A stretch of 59,966 nt of DNA from a virus (taxonomy: Duplodnaviria; Caudoviricetes): positions 1 to 59,966 of the IMG/VR virus record IMGVR_UViG_3300020179_000034. One strand, given 5' to 3'. The translations under genes were made by a program, and so were the position numbers. Shown one piece after another: positions 29,975 to 39,141 of this stretch (position 1 is its first letter; every line of letters begins with the position of its first letter). The notes beneath the pieces were generated by a model. The model searched no databases. It saw nothing but the letters and a program-made list of their open reading frames with translations, and was not told the DNA's origin.

Positions 29975-30609
29975 GTTGACTCCTGCGATAGCACTTGGAT
30001 CAAGGTAAACGGGATAGATATTGCGGTCTTCCTGCCCTCACGTGGGTAAACCAACACACGCCCCGGCGACTCCAACATCATCGCGTTGGCAACACCTTTT
30101 TCGGTTCCCTCAAAATCGTCCATAACAAATACTGTCTTGTCGTGAATGATCTTGTTCAGCGGCTCAACATCCTGCTGACTCAGCCGACCGTCAAGATAGA
30201 TGAGGTCTACCTTCACGCCCTTCTCAGCCATGTCGGCAAACATCTCGTGTGACGGTTTCTTGGGATACTGAAAGATATTAGGTACGTCCAAGTCAATGTT
30301 GTTCGACACATCGCAGGTGTAAATATCCACTAGACGCTGACAGGCAAGATTCATAGTAATGGTAGATACGCCTATGAACGTGCCGACTTCAGCGATAGCG
30401 TCAGGCTTAAAGAAAGCGATGATGCGGAATAATTCTTCCGCATCGTCCAACGATAAAGAACCTGTATCGTAATCAGCTTGAACCCGTAACATTCGCTGAT
30501 TTTTAATGACTCTTTTAATTCGCTCGGATGAAAAATCTCCAATTTTTTTATCAATGATATCCCATATAACCTCGCTCAGTCGCTTGCGACCAATCTGCAC
30601 TGTGTTCAC
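29971..30609 (-). CDS. Class I SAM-dependent methyltransferase (Methyltransf_24-like)
   Basis: AEVGTFIGVS, TCD, DLIYLDG and VMDD motifs. Confidence 0.8.
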   Translation of the reverse strand: MNTVQIGRKRLSEVIWDIIDKKIGDFSSERIKRVIKNQRMLRVQADYDTGSLSLDDAEELFRIIAFFKPDAIAEVGTFIGVSTITMNLACQRLVDIYTCDVSNNIDLDVPNIFQYPKKPSHEMFADMAEKGVKVDLIYLDGRLSQQDVEPLNKIIHDKTVFVMDDFEGTEKGVANAMMLESPGRVLVYPREGRKTAISIPFTLIQVLSQEST

Positions 30610-31424
30610 TGAATAGCTTCCTTCAAGTCCTTGAGAACCTTGTTTTGAATGTCGCGAATGTCGTTGCTCAAGTCACGGATAACTAGTTTGATATTTCCAA
30701 ACTTATTCGGGTTGAACGCATGCCACGACAACGCGATATAGTCCATGTTGGTCAGACGGTTGTCTTCTAAGCAACGTCTGTACAAGTTTGACACGGAGCG
30801 CGGCGCTTTATCAAAGTTCCCGTGTATCATGTCATTGTACGCATAGATTATCGTAGACTTACGATCAGGGTGAGCCATCAACGACAATACAACACCCGCA
30901 CGAAGTGACGCCGTGCTAACACGCGCCTTGTTAGTGCTAGTGGCATTATCGTCAAAGTAGCAGAGATATTCATGAGCAAAGCTCTCAGTGAGTTCACTCT
31001 GTTCAACCGTGTGACGACTATTACCGTACGGATACAACGCCGTTCTGATGAGCGCACCGATCATAGCCTGTCGGTTGTCTGCCACGCCACGACGGAACGC
31101 AAGTGATCTCGCCTTGCCAGCATCGTAGTGTGCAAACGCATGCGGATCGACATTACGTGCAACTAGAAAAGGTAGCGCAACATTCGCCGCTTCAATAGCG
31201 TGAAGTCTATGCCACCCATCGATTAACGCGCCTGTGACATCGAACGAAATAGTTTGGGCTACATCGGTATCCCACTTGCCATCTCTCATCGCCTCGGCAT
31301 ACGTCTGAATCACGCCCTTGAAATCACGCCCCTTCTGACGAACGTGAACATTGGACAGATACTGACGCGCTTTCTTCGCGTCGATGATCTCTACTTGATA
31401 AGTATACTTAACTTTCTTAGTCAT
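30606..31424 (-). CDS. ParB/Srx-like N-terminal domain protein
   Basis: YAEAMRDGKW...LIDGWHRLHAI...YDAGKARS. Confidence 0.7.
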   Translation of the reverse strand: MTKKVKYTYQVEIIDAKKARQYLSNVHVRQKGRDFKGVIQTYAEAMRDGKWDTDVAQTISFDVTGALIDGWHRLHAIEAANVALPFLVARNVDPHAFAHYDAGKARSLAFRRGVADNRQAMIGALIRTALYPYGNSRHTVEQSELTESFAHEYLCYFDDNATSTNKARVSTASLRAGVVLSLMAHPDRKSTIIYAYNDMIHGNFDKAPRSVSNLYRRCLEDNRLTNMDYIALSWHAFNPNKFGNIKLVIRDLSNDIRDIQNKVLKDLKEAIQ

Positions 31425-31426
31425 AA

Positions 31427-31819
31427 TTAAGCCCTCTCACGGATGTTGATTTCACGGTCAAGATAAAACCGTGCTTTCTTTAAGTCTTCGACAGGATCGG
31501 TGTGCTTCTTTCCCGCACGTACCACGTATTTAACAACGTTGCCAAGTCGGTAGTTCAAGTCCTTAGCTTCGATGAAGTCGAGTGTCTCGACACCACCAGT
31601 AGTGTAGTGAATTGGCTTGTTCACTACATCCGTCGCTTGCTCTATTTCTTTGACAACAGCGGTAATCTTTGAAGGCGCAGCCTTACCCTTTTGATTACGG
31701 ATCACGAGCCGCACGAACGAATCTTTGTAGCCCGTTTTTTCTTTGATTTCTTTGATAGATAAACCCGCAGTAAAATACTCGCGTATTACCTCTGATTTAT
31801 TAACTTTTTTATCACTCAC
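31427..31819 (-). CDS. HTH + DUF3310 (T7 gp1.7 nucleotide kinase-like) protein
   Basis: DVVNKPIHY...GNVVKYVVRAGKK...EDLKKARFYL; N-terminal HTH-like segment. Confidence 0.8.
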   Translation of the reverse strand: MSDKKVNKSEVIREYFTAGLSIKEIKEKTGYKDSFVRLVIRNQKGKAAPSKITAVVKEIEQATDVVNKPIHYTTGGVETLDFIEAKDLNYRLGNVVKYVVRAGKKHTDPVEDLKKARFYLDREINIRERA

Positions 31820-32094
31820 TGCATTAACTCCTTTAACTGATTTACGTTTGACTCATCTATAACTAAGGCAACCCCACCCGCTTTACGCACATCATCAAGA
31901 TGTTTTAGTTGTAGCGCAGTCGGTTTGTTGCCATTTGCTTTACACTCTATAGCATAAAATAAGCCTTGTTTACAAACTAAAAAATCTGGGACACCAGAAG
32001 AAAAGAAACCAGTTCCCATCGGCATCGCGTAATACGCTTGCATCTCTATAAGAATTTTCTTTACCTTCGTTTTGACTTTTGCTTCGGGAGTCAC
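31816..32094 (-). CDS. VRR-NUC/Holliday-junction resolvase-like nuclease
   Basis: MTPE.KV, GVPD, AIECKA, PTALQ and AGG motifs. Confidence 0.85.
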   Translation of the reverse strand: MTPEAKVKTKVKKILIEMQAYYAMPMGTGFFSSGVPDFLVCKQGLFYAIECKANGNKPTALQLKHLDDVRKAGGVALVIDESNVNQLKELMQ

Positions 32095-32120
32095 AGTGTC
32101 TCCTTCAATAAAAATAGTTA

Positions 32121-32489
32121 CTACTCTGACATTGTCAGCCCTCCACGCAATTCTTGAAAGAGGCTAGGTGATATGACCAGACAGTAACGGTTGAGATATC
32201 GCCAGCCGATGTCGAGCAGCACGGACGGATAGTGATCGTGGAACTGCCAGATGATTGACTCATCCTCTAATAATTCCAACGAACCACGCCTAGCAGCATG
32301 TATCTTGTCCCAGTCGTAGGCATTGATCAGACCGACTATGACCTTGATCTCGTTGGGCAAAGTATCGTCAGTAAACTCACGTTTCACACCTTCGTCTAAG
32401 TAAATCTTATATAGACCGTCATTGATGCGGCTGTACACCCGATACCCAGTGTCTACTTTGAGTGGCGTATAAGTTTTATACACGGACAT
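32121..32489 (-). CDS. Hypothetical protein
   Basis: 122-aa ORF in the operon. Confidence 0.65.
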   Translation of the reverse strand: MSVYKTYTPLKVDTGYRVYSRINDGLYKIYLDEGVKREFTDDTLPNEIKVIVGLINAYDWDKIHAARRGSLELLEDESIIWQFHDHYPSVLLDIGWRYLNRYCLVISPSLFQELRGGLTMSE

Positions 32490-32490
32490 A

Positions 32491-33591
32491 TCACGCCATG
32501 CTCAGGCTGTTCAGTACAAACATTTGCGATGTCGTATGTGAGTGTTGGCGGCATGCTGCACCGATCTCAGGCCAGAACCGTTTGCCCTTCATGTCATCAT
32601 TGTTAGGTACAAGATTGTCGCAGCCAATGTGAGACTTCAGCATAACGAGTTGTATTTCTAACTCTTTCCGCAAGTCGCTCGGCAAATCTTGCAGGCTCCT
32701 GTACCACCGCAACGGTGTAGAGAACCCTACCTCTGGCATGTACGCAAACTCGCCTGCGTAGGGCAGATTAGTGCCATTACCGTAAGTGTTGAGCGCAGTG
32801 GAAATTGGCACTGTGTTGGTCTTGCCTACGATCACGCCGCCACGTATGTGCGGGAAGAAAATGATTTTGTCCCCCTCCATCATGGAGCGCACGATAGCCA
32901 ATGAGTTATCAAACTTCTGGTCGATCTGATTCATCGTGTCATACAACGATCTGATCTTGTCCATGACGCTGCATGGGATGTTGCTCCTGTCTAAGTCACC
33001 CATAAACGCTTTGATCAGTGTGTGGGAAAACTCACGGGGGACAGGTACAGTCGGGCGACCGCTAAGACTGTTTCCGTACGTTGAATCTATAGCGTTGTCA
33101 ATAATGTCACGGATGTGTTCACTCATGGTGCGCTCGACAGATAAGACTGCGCTGCATATCTCGCTGTGAACATCATGACTACCTTTTGACATCTTTTGTA
33201 CCGCGTAGCGTTGCGTGTTGGTGCATAACTTTGATCCACCAAACCCGTATATATTATTGCGGAAGGTATGATTGGCGGCTTGCACAGTGAACGCCGTTTC
33301 GTCTTCTGAACGTAACTCTTTTTCTCGTGGGTCGTAGTTCAAATTTGCCACATCGAAACCATGCACTGTTGACAGCATCATGTTGTGACCTATATCAAGC
33401 GCAGCACCCCAACTGTTCGGAGCCTTGAACTCTGCCACTCGTATACGCCCTTCGGTCGCGCCGTAGATAGCGACAGCAATAGGCCACAGTGGAGAACGCA
33501 CCGCATCTTTTCGCAGTGCTTCGTTATCCATCATCGTATTCGGCAGGAACATCTCGTCGATGTTCACCTTAATCGTATTTCGCTTAGCCAT
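32491..33591 (-). CDS. Hypothetical protein (~366 aa)
   Basis: GGAGG RBS before ATG at 33591; long ORF following the VWA gene. Confidence 0.75.
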   Translation of the reverse strand: MAKRNTIKVNIDEMFLPNTMMDNEALRKDAVRSPLWPIAVAIYGATEGRIRVAEFKAPNSWGAALDIGHNMMLSTVHGFDVANLNYDPREKELRSEDETAFTVQAANHTFRNNIYGFGGSKLCTNTQRYAVQKMSKGSHDVHSEICSAVLSVERTMSEHIRDIIDNAIDSTYGNSLSGRPTVPVPREFSHTLIKAFMGDLDRSNIPCSVMDKIRSLYDTMNQIDQKFDNSLAIVRSMMEGDKIIFFPHIRGGVIVGKTNTVPISTALNTYGNGTNLPYAGEFAYMPEVGFSTPLRWYRSLQDLPSDLRKELEIQLVMLKSHIGCDNLVPNNDDMKGKRFWPEIGAACRQHSHTTSQMFVLNSLSMA

Positions 33592-33603
33592 GACAACCTC
33601 CAA

Positions 33604-34866
33604 TTAGTTTTCAATAACAATCTTTCTACCAACAGGCGGCTCAAAGCCCCTGTTATGATTCGGCGGCAGCAGCCACAACACTGGGCAGTTCAACTCCCAA
33701 GTGATGTCATGCTCCACGTGGCCATCCGTGAACACAATCAGGAACTGTGGCTCGACGTTGTTCTTCGTGATGTAGTCACTGACGCACGACACCTTAGTAC
33801 CGCCGCCACCCAACGGCTTGAGCAACGTAGCGATGCCCTCGTAGTTACCTTCAAACACCTGCTCACCATGCACCATCGTGTCCCACCACAACACACGCAT
33901 ACGCTCTGGTCTGCATGTCTCACAGATGGACGCGATTTCGCCGCCGACCATGTTCAGCAGCGCGTCACCGATGCTGCCCGATGTATCGTTAGCGATAACA
34001 CCCTCGCAAATAGTCTCGGACTCCACGTGTGGCAGGAACAAATCATCAGCGAGACGGCGTCGGTTAAGTTTCGCCCAAGTCAACTCGTCCCGTCCTGCCA
34101 TCGCTGCGCTCACGAACTCACGCAGTTCCTCACGCCAGTCCACCTTGGGAGCAAGTATCTCCGTGATGGCACGGGGAGCCTTCACGCCAAACCGACCTGC
34201 GATAAGAGAGCCTTGACTGATAGCCTCGTCAATATCTTTCGATAACTGCTCAGCGGCTTCGCCGTCCATCGTCTCAGTCGATTCAGTGTCATGCTCGTCG
34301 AGCGGCTCCATGTCGCTGACACTGTCAGAGCCAGAAGTATTTTGGCCCATGCCGCCACTCTGACCTTGCTCGCCGGAAGGTTTCTGTTTCTCCTTCTCCA
34401 TGCGCTTGACCAAGTCATCCCACACTTGGCGCACCGACCACCCGTGATACTTGACATCGTAGAGCGCACCCGTTGGCAACTTCACCAAGTCGGGTGCCTT
34501 TTGACTGATCTCCATGATGATGGCGTTGATCACAAAATCCATCGCCACGTTGGCAAGTCGCGGATTCTGCTTGATCAAATCTTTGTGTCGTGGGATGTGC
34601 TTCAGCATCACATGCCCGTTCTCGTGCAGCACCAAGCCACCCAACTCAGCAAGGCTCAACTTTTCGATGAAGTTTTTCCCATATCGTTTGTTTAGACCAT
34701 CCGTACACGCTGTCGGAATCCCGACATCGACACTTGATTCACCCATCATGAGGATGCCCGAAAACAAGCAAGTCTCAGGGTGCTTCATTAGTCTGATATG
34801 CACCTTCTTCAACTTCATTGTTGCTTCGTGCGTACTTACGGGGATTGTTTCTGCTACTGCGTTCAT
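33604..34866 (-). CDS. DUF2201-like metallopeptidase + VWA domain protein
   Basis: TACTDG, LHENGH (HExxH), DTSGS MIDAS, GGGGT and FTDG motifs. Confidence 0.88.
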   Translation of the reverse strand: MNAVAETIPVSTHEATMKLKKVHIRLMKHPETCLFSGILMMGESSVDVGIPTACTDGLNKRYGKNFIEKLSLAELGGLVLHENGHVMLKHIPRHKDLIKQNPRLANVAMDFVINAIIMEISQKAPDLVKLPTGALYDVKYHGWSVRQVWDDLVKRMEKEKQKPSGEQGQSGGMGQNTSGSDSVSDMEPLDEHDTESTETMDGEAAEQLSKDIDEAISQGSLIAGRFGVKAPRAITEILAPKVDWREELREFVSAAMAGRDELTWAKLNRRRLADDLFLPHVESETICEGVIANDTSGSIGDALLNMVGGEIASICETCRPERMRVLWWDTMVHGEQVFEGNYEGIATLLKPLGGGGTKVSCVSDYITKNNVEPQFLIVFTDGHVEHDITWELNCPVLWLLPPNHNRGFEPPVGRKIVIEN

Positions 34867-34892
34867 ACAGCCTCCATTGTCAATTGTTTACA

Positions 34893-35981
34893 TCAGGTCA
34901 GCAGTTGGTAATTACCATCCTGCAACCACTTGGAAATTTCAGCGTTCTTCGACGCGATAGGCGAGAGCCGACTGCTGCCCATCGCCATCGTGAAGAAGAC
35001 TGACTGCAACTCCTCAGACTTCGTCCGTCGCATAAACTTCATAAACTTGCTCAAGTCATCCTGCGTCTTGATAACGTCGATGGCATTGAACATCATCATG
35101 AACAGAGCCGCCTGTTTCTCTGGCACTCTGACACCGTCAGGGTCTTTGATAACATCCTCTGCCAACACCACCTCGTCCTTGAGGGACAACACTGCCGCCA
35201 ACTGTTTCGCACTCGGTACGCCAATCGAACCTGCAAGAGCCGCCATCGTCAGCGAATGACCTAACTTGTCACGGTTCACGATGTCGGGGTCACAGTTAGC
35301 GAGTGAGCGTGGGGAGCAGAATTGTTTTGTACGATGCACGGGAATGAACACATGCTCGTTGTCCTGTGGAGTAATTCCATCCAAGTAACTCGCCATGACT
35401 GACGGCGTCATCTTGACGAACGCTCTCAACTCCATAGACAACCCTGCGTTAGTCGCCCACACCAACCACTCGTCCACCGTAGGCTTACGAATGTTCAGCG
35501 TTGTAACGCGGTTCGATGCGTGCGCTAGCAGTGCGTTGCCAACACCATCTGTTGCAAGATTACCTGTCGCGAACACGATGGAATCTGGATGCAAGACATA
35601 GTCCATCCACACCTTGTCGAGCGTGAGCCGCGCACCCAACTTCTGCAACATCTTGTCACCCTTGTCGTACTCGTCGATCATGATCAACTTGGGTTTATTG
35701 GACTTCGGCTTGAGCAGTGACGATATGTATACTTCCAACTCGCCAGTGTCACGGTTCGGCGCACGTAGACCCAACTCACCATAGTCGATGCACGACCAGT
35801 CGAGATACACGGGGTCATACGCATCGCCCAATGCCTCGACCAACATTCGGTAAAGAGTTGATTTACCGATGCCAGGCTCCCCTTGAAAGTAATAAGTCTT
35901 GTTCTTGCCGTTCACCAACAGCAACTTGAACGCCTCGGGGATACTGATGGCGTTGTTAAAGTTAAGAGTTTCTCGTTTCAT
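34893..35981 (-). CDS. MoxR-like AAA+ ATPase
   Basis: GEPGIGKS Walker A, MIDE Walker B, ATGN sensor, SPRS; adjacent to the VWA gene. Confidence 0.85.
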   Translation of the reverse strand: MKRETLNFNNAISIPEAFKLLLVNGKNKTYYFQGEPGIGKSTLYRMLVEALGDAYDPVYLDWSCIDYGELGLRAPNRDTGELEVYISSLLKPKSNKPKLIMIDEYDKGDKMLQKLGARLTLDKVWMDYVLHPDSIVFATGNLATDGVGNALLAHASNRVTTLNIRKPTVDEWLVWATNAGLSMELRAFVKMTPSVMASYLDGITPQDNEHVFIPVHRTKQFCSPRSLANCDPDIVNRDKLGHSLTMAALAGSIGVPSAKQLAAVLSLKDEVVLAEDVIKDPDGVRVPEKQAALFMMMFNAIDVIKTQDDLSKFMKFMRRTKSEELQSVFFTMAMGSSRLSPIASKNAEISKWLQDGNYQLLT

Positions 35982-36024
35982 GACTGATATAGCCTCCGTT
36001 TAATTACGTACAAATCTGACAATG

Positions 36025-36936
36025 TCAGAAACCAAACTTCTTCAAGATGTCATCGACCGACTCTTTGACCACGACGCGCTTGGTGTCACTGTTGCGTAGA
36101 GTTTCAATGCTCAAGCCAGCCACCACCTGTTCGAGTTCGGCACGTGCCTCCTCCAAGCGACTGTCCTGTGTCACGTTGAACTCTTTGAAGGTCTCGCACA
36201 TCTCCTGCGCCCGTTGCAACGTGGTGTCGTACAACTTGCGCTTCTTGACCTTCATCTGACCATCTTCGATCACAGTCTCAGTGTCGCAGCAGTGCGAGAG
36301 TGACTTCATTACATCAACCATCTGCTCAACCTGCTTCTGGTAGATGTCCTGCACTAGTTCTTTGGCTTGCCGCTCGTAGTGCTGCGCCAAGTCGTTCGCC
36401 AGTGAGTTGCTTATCTCACAACGAAAGTCCCCGACTGGTACTTCCGCCGTAAAAACCTTCACCTTGAAGCACGACATCACCTCGTCCACAGGCGGGTAGT
36501 CAGTCGCCTTGAACATATCGCCTTGGACAAACGCCTCGTTAGCCACGGCGGTGGTGTATACCTGACGGAACTTGTCCTTGAGTTCTTCAGTCTTGGCTTG
36601 ACGCTCCTCGACCTGCTTCATGAACCCCACGATGCGCGGCGTGGGTAAGAATCGCCATCGACCAGACCACGGGTAAGTCTCGCGCTCGACAAAGTTGTAC
36701 CAAGTCTGCCTGTCGTTCAGCACAGCCCGATGCTCGTGGACACCTGCCAGAAGTTTCTTAACGAAACGTCCTGCGTCCCTGTCGGCTCTCTTGGCGGTGG
36801 TGACTTCGTCACTGATCTCGCGATCTTGCTTCGTGCCAGTCCACACACTGACTTCGATGTTGACCAAGATGCCAGACGTAGCAAGTGAGACGACATGATC
36901 TGGCTTTTTTAGTAATGAGTTCGTTTGAGATTCCAT
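36025..36936 (-). CDS. Conserved helical protein of the AAA/VWA module (DUF3150-like)
   Basis: WTG.K.D, T.PW, DYP and FNVT.D..LE motifs; first gene after a promoter. Confidence 0.6.
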   Translation of the reverse strand: MESQTNSLLKKPDHVVSLATSGILVNIEVSVWTGTKQDREISDEVTTAKRADRDAGRFVKKLLAGVHEHRAVLNDRQTWYNFVERETYPWSGRWRFLPTPRIVGFMKQVEERQAKTEELKDKFRQVYTTAVANEAFVQGDMFKATDYPPVDEVMSCFKVKVFTAEVPVGDFRCEISNSLANDLAQHYERQAKELVQDIYQKQVEQMVDVMKSLSHCCDTETVIEDGQMKVKKRKLYDTTLQRAQEMCETFKEFNVTQDSRLEEARAELEQVVAGLSIETLRNSDTKRVVVKESVDDILKKFGF

Positions 36937-37038
36937 TTGCTCAGCCTCCTGACTCTGTCAGAGTCGTAAGTATTTACAGTTAGGTAGAGTCGGGCAGTTG
37001 GCAGTCCTGCCCGTTTGTCACTACCACATGACAAGAAT

Positions 37039-37067
37039 AGTATAACACAACTTAACAATCTAATCAA
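37039..37067 (-). promoter_or_regulatory. Sigma70-type promoter
   Basis: TTGATT-17 nt-TATACT on the minus strand, upstream of the AAA/VWA operon. Confidence 0.75.
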
Positions 37068-37543
37068 GCCGAAAACCTATCGGCGTTGGGCATTGGTGCT
37101 ACGGCGCTCTGTTGCTCGTTCATGTCTCGAATGTAATTCAAATAATCGATCACCAACTCTGGAGCGCGGTAATCATGCCCACCGATGTTCCACTCAGTGT
37201 TCAGCATGGGCGCGGTGTCATACTTCTTCCAGTCGTACACCGTCGCCACGATCTCGTCCCCGTCTGGCAGCGTGAACACAAGTACCCATTCGGCTTGAGT
37301 CTTGTCACCATCACCGTCTAATGGTTCACCAAACGCCATGACCAAGTCATTGAAGTCGGCACGGACGTAGCCCTTGAGGCACGTGCCGTGGATCCTGTTG
37401 TAGTCCTGTTGCGGTTCAACACGCATACGCTCAACCTCCTGCCGTATCTTGGCTAGTTCAAGTTCTAACTGTTGACGCTCTTCTTCCTGACGCTTGTGGT
37501 CGTGCCACCAGTCGTTCATGTCGTTTTGGATGTTCATGTTCAC
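37064..37543 (-). CDS. Hypothetical early protein
   Basis: FGEP...KT.AEW...ATVYDWK...WNIGG pattern. Confidence 0.7.
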   Translation of the reverse strand: MNMNIQNDMNDWWHDHKRQEEERQQLELELAKIRQEVERMRVEPQQDYNRIHGTCLKGYVRADFNDLVMAFGEPLDGDGDKTQAEWVLVFTLPDGDEIVATVYDWKKYDTAPMLNTEWNIGGHDYRAPELVIDYLNYIRDMNEQQSAVAPMPNADRFSA

Positions 37544-37737
37544 GATTGCACCTCGCCCGTAACGGGGTAGTACCCAAATGATTTACCCTCAAAAACTTCT
37601 CGCTGCGCTTGCGCTTGTGCGTCGGCATCAGACATACCGTCCTGCTTCATCTCGCGCACTCGCCGCTGCACGTACTCATCTATACGTTGCGCGGAACGCT
37701 CCGCCCAAAGTTCCCCTGCCTGTTTATCTACTAACAT
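37540..37737 (-). CDS. Small early protein
   Basis: AGGAGG RBS. Confidence 0.65.
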   Translation of the reverse strand: MLVDKQAGELWAERSAQRIDEYVQRRVREMKQDGMSDADAQAQAQREVFEGKSFGYYPVTGEVQS

Positions 37738-37738
37738 C

Positions 37739-37936
37739 TCACGCCTCCTTTGCCAAAATCCATCTATCAGTGTTCATAAAAACTTCTTCGACCCACACGC
37801 AGTCTGCACCGTACTCGTCGGTGAGCCGTTCGCAGTCCTCTGTAATAACTTGAACAACCTTGTTGGCTTTGTCACTTTCAAGATCATCCACCCCATCAAA
37901 CTCAAACACCACAAGCACTTGCATCTTCTTAGCCAT
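37739..37936 (-). CDS. Small early protein
   Basis: AGGAGG RBS before ATG at 37936 (MAKKMQV). Confidence 0.65.
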   Translation of the reverse strand: MAKKMQVLVVFEFDGVDDLESDKANKVVQVITEDCERLTDEYGADCVWVEEVFMNTDRWILAKEA

Positions 37937-37937
37937 C

Positions 37938-38168
37938 TCACACCTCCTCGTGTTCAATGTGAAAACTTTTAACCACACCATACATATCGTTCAACCGTAC
38001 CCTTCGCACTACCAACGCTTCCTTTGTGCTAAACGACCCGACCCCGTAGTCATTACAGTAGGAATGTACCGCCTTACGTGCCTTGTTTAGGGTTGTATGC
38101 ATGGAGAGCGGCTCTCCGTTATTAGTCGCCGTATTCCTTCGCACTAGTACTACATAAACATTATCCAT
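37938..38168 (-). CDS. Small early protein
   Basis: AGGAGG RBS. Confidence 0.65.
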   Translation of the reverse strand: MDNVYVVLVRRNTATNNGEPLSMHTTLNKARKAVHSYCNDYGVGSFSTKEALVVRRVRLNDMYGVVKSFHIEHEEV

Positions 38169-38190
38169 CTCACGCCTCCTTCTGACAGTG

Positions 38191-38322
38191 TCAGATAAAA
38201 AAGTAATAAATCACGGAGCCAGTGAGGGCCGCCGTGAAACCGTGGTGGAATCCTTTGAAATACACTTGCTTTAGGGCGTTGTGTATCTCGACCTTCAACT
38301 CGACAATTTCCTGCTCACTCAT
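38191..38322 (-). CDS. 43-aa protein with hydrophobic C-terminus (not in the ORF track)
   Basis: MSEQEIVELKVEIH...VIYYFFI; the stop codon lies inside the 38182 palindrome. Confidence 0.55.
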   Translation of the reverse strand: MSEQEIVELKVEIHNALKQVYFKGFHHGFTAALTGSVIYYFFI

Positions 38323-38485
38323 TGATCTCGTCCTCCTCGTCCCACAGAAGTTCATTACGCCTCGCCATGTCAGCGACCTCGTCCTCGCTCATGTACTTGA
38401 GCGCACACAGCAGCACGTGACGGGCATAACCAAAGTCCAACCCATCCACCTGCTCCAACAACTGATTAGTTACTTTTCTGACCAT
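38315..38485 (-). CDS. 56-aa acidic protein (not in the ORF track)
   Basis: MVRKVTNQLLE...ALKYMSEDEVADM...; AGGAGG RBS. Confidence 0.65.
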   Translation of the reverse strand: MVRKVTNQLLEQVDGLDFGYARHVLLCALKYMSEDEVADMARRNELLWDEEDEINE

Positions 38486-38486
38486 G

Positions 38487-38672
38487 TCAGCGACCTCCTT
38501 TTGTCGTGATGAATCTGGCTACCGCTTGCTTCGCTCTACGCCGCTCGGTGTCACGCTTTAACTCCTCGCAGCACAGGCAAGACTTGCACCCGCAAATCTT
38601 GCCCACGGCTACGCGCTCCATACGCAACCATTCCTCGCGACTCCAGTTCAACTCTTCTAAAAGCGAATTCAT
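38487..38672 (-). CDS. Small Cys-rich protein
   Basis: CGCKSCLCC motif; GGAGG RBS. Confidence 0.6.
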   Translation of the reverse strand: MNSLLEELNWSREEWLRMERVAVGKICGCKSCLCCEELKRDTERRRAKQAVARFITTKGGR

Positions 38673-38890
38673 CTGTAAAACCCTCCCTTGTTGTTGATGC
38701 CCTTCAGGTCTTCAGGGTTACTAGTCACGATGTAGTTTGATTTGTGCATCGGCACGATGGTGTGCCGCTTAGCCCTCGCCACGCGCTCCCCGCAGGGTAG
38801 GCAGGTAGTGAATCCCGCCATGCTACGGGCATACGGTACGCGCTTCGCCCAACACTTCGTGCATAACTTTTCCATACCATTCTGCGACAT
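38669..38890 (-). CDS. Zinc-finger protein (DksA/TraR C4-like)
   Basis: CTKC...R...G...CLPCG...PMHKSNY. Confidence 0.6.
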   Translation of the reverse strand: MSQNGMEKLCTKCWAKRVPYARSMAGFTTCLPCGERVARAKRHTIVPMHKSNYIVTSNPEDLKGINNKGGFYR

Positions 38891-39112
38891 GATTTACAGT
38901 ACTCCCGTTTTTCGAGTGGTAGTTACAGCGTGGGTGGCTTTTAACCTCGTTCTTACACCCGCCCCCACGCGGACGGGTGATGCAGGACGTTCAACCTCAT
39001 GGGTGATTACGCGATACCCACAACGTCCAAGTTTCTCTCGCGTAATCTTGTTTCTGACAGTGTCAGAGCCGCGAGTATTTATGACCTCGTTTGCTTCCTC
39101 GACTGTATAGAT

Positions 39113-39141
39113 ATTATAACAAAACTTGACTAATAAATCAA
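39113..39141 (-). promoter_or_regulatory. Strong sigma70-type promoter
   Basis: TTGATT-17 nt-TATAAT on the minus strand. Confidence 0.8.

Noticed and set aside
33385-34245. 286-aa + strand ORF
   Set aside because: Antisense to the well-supported VWA-metallopeptidase gene, with no recognisable motif.
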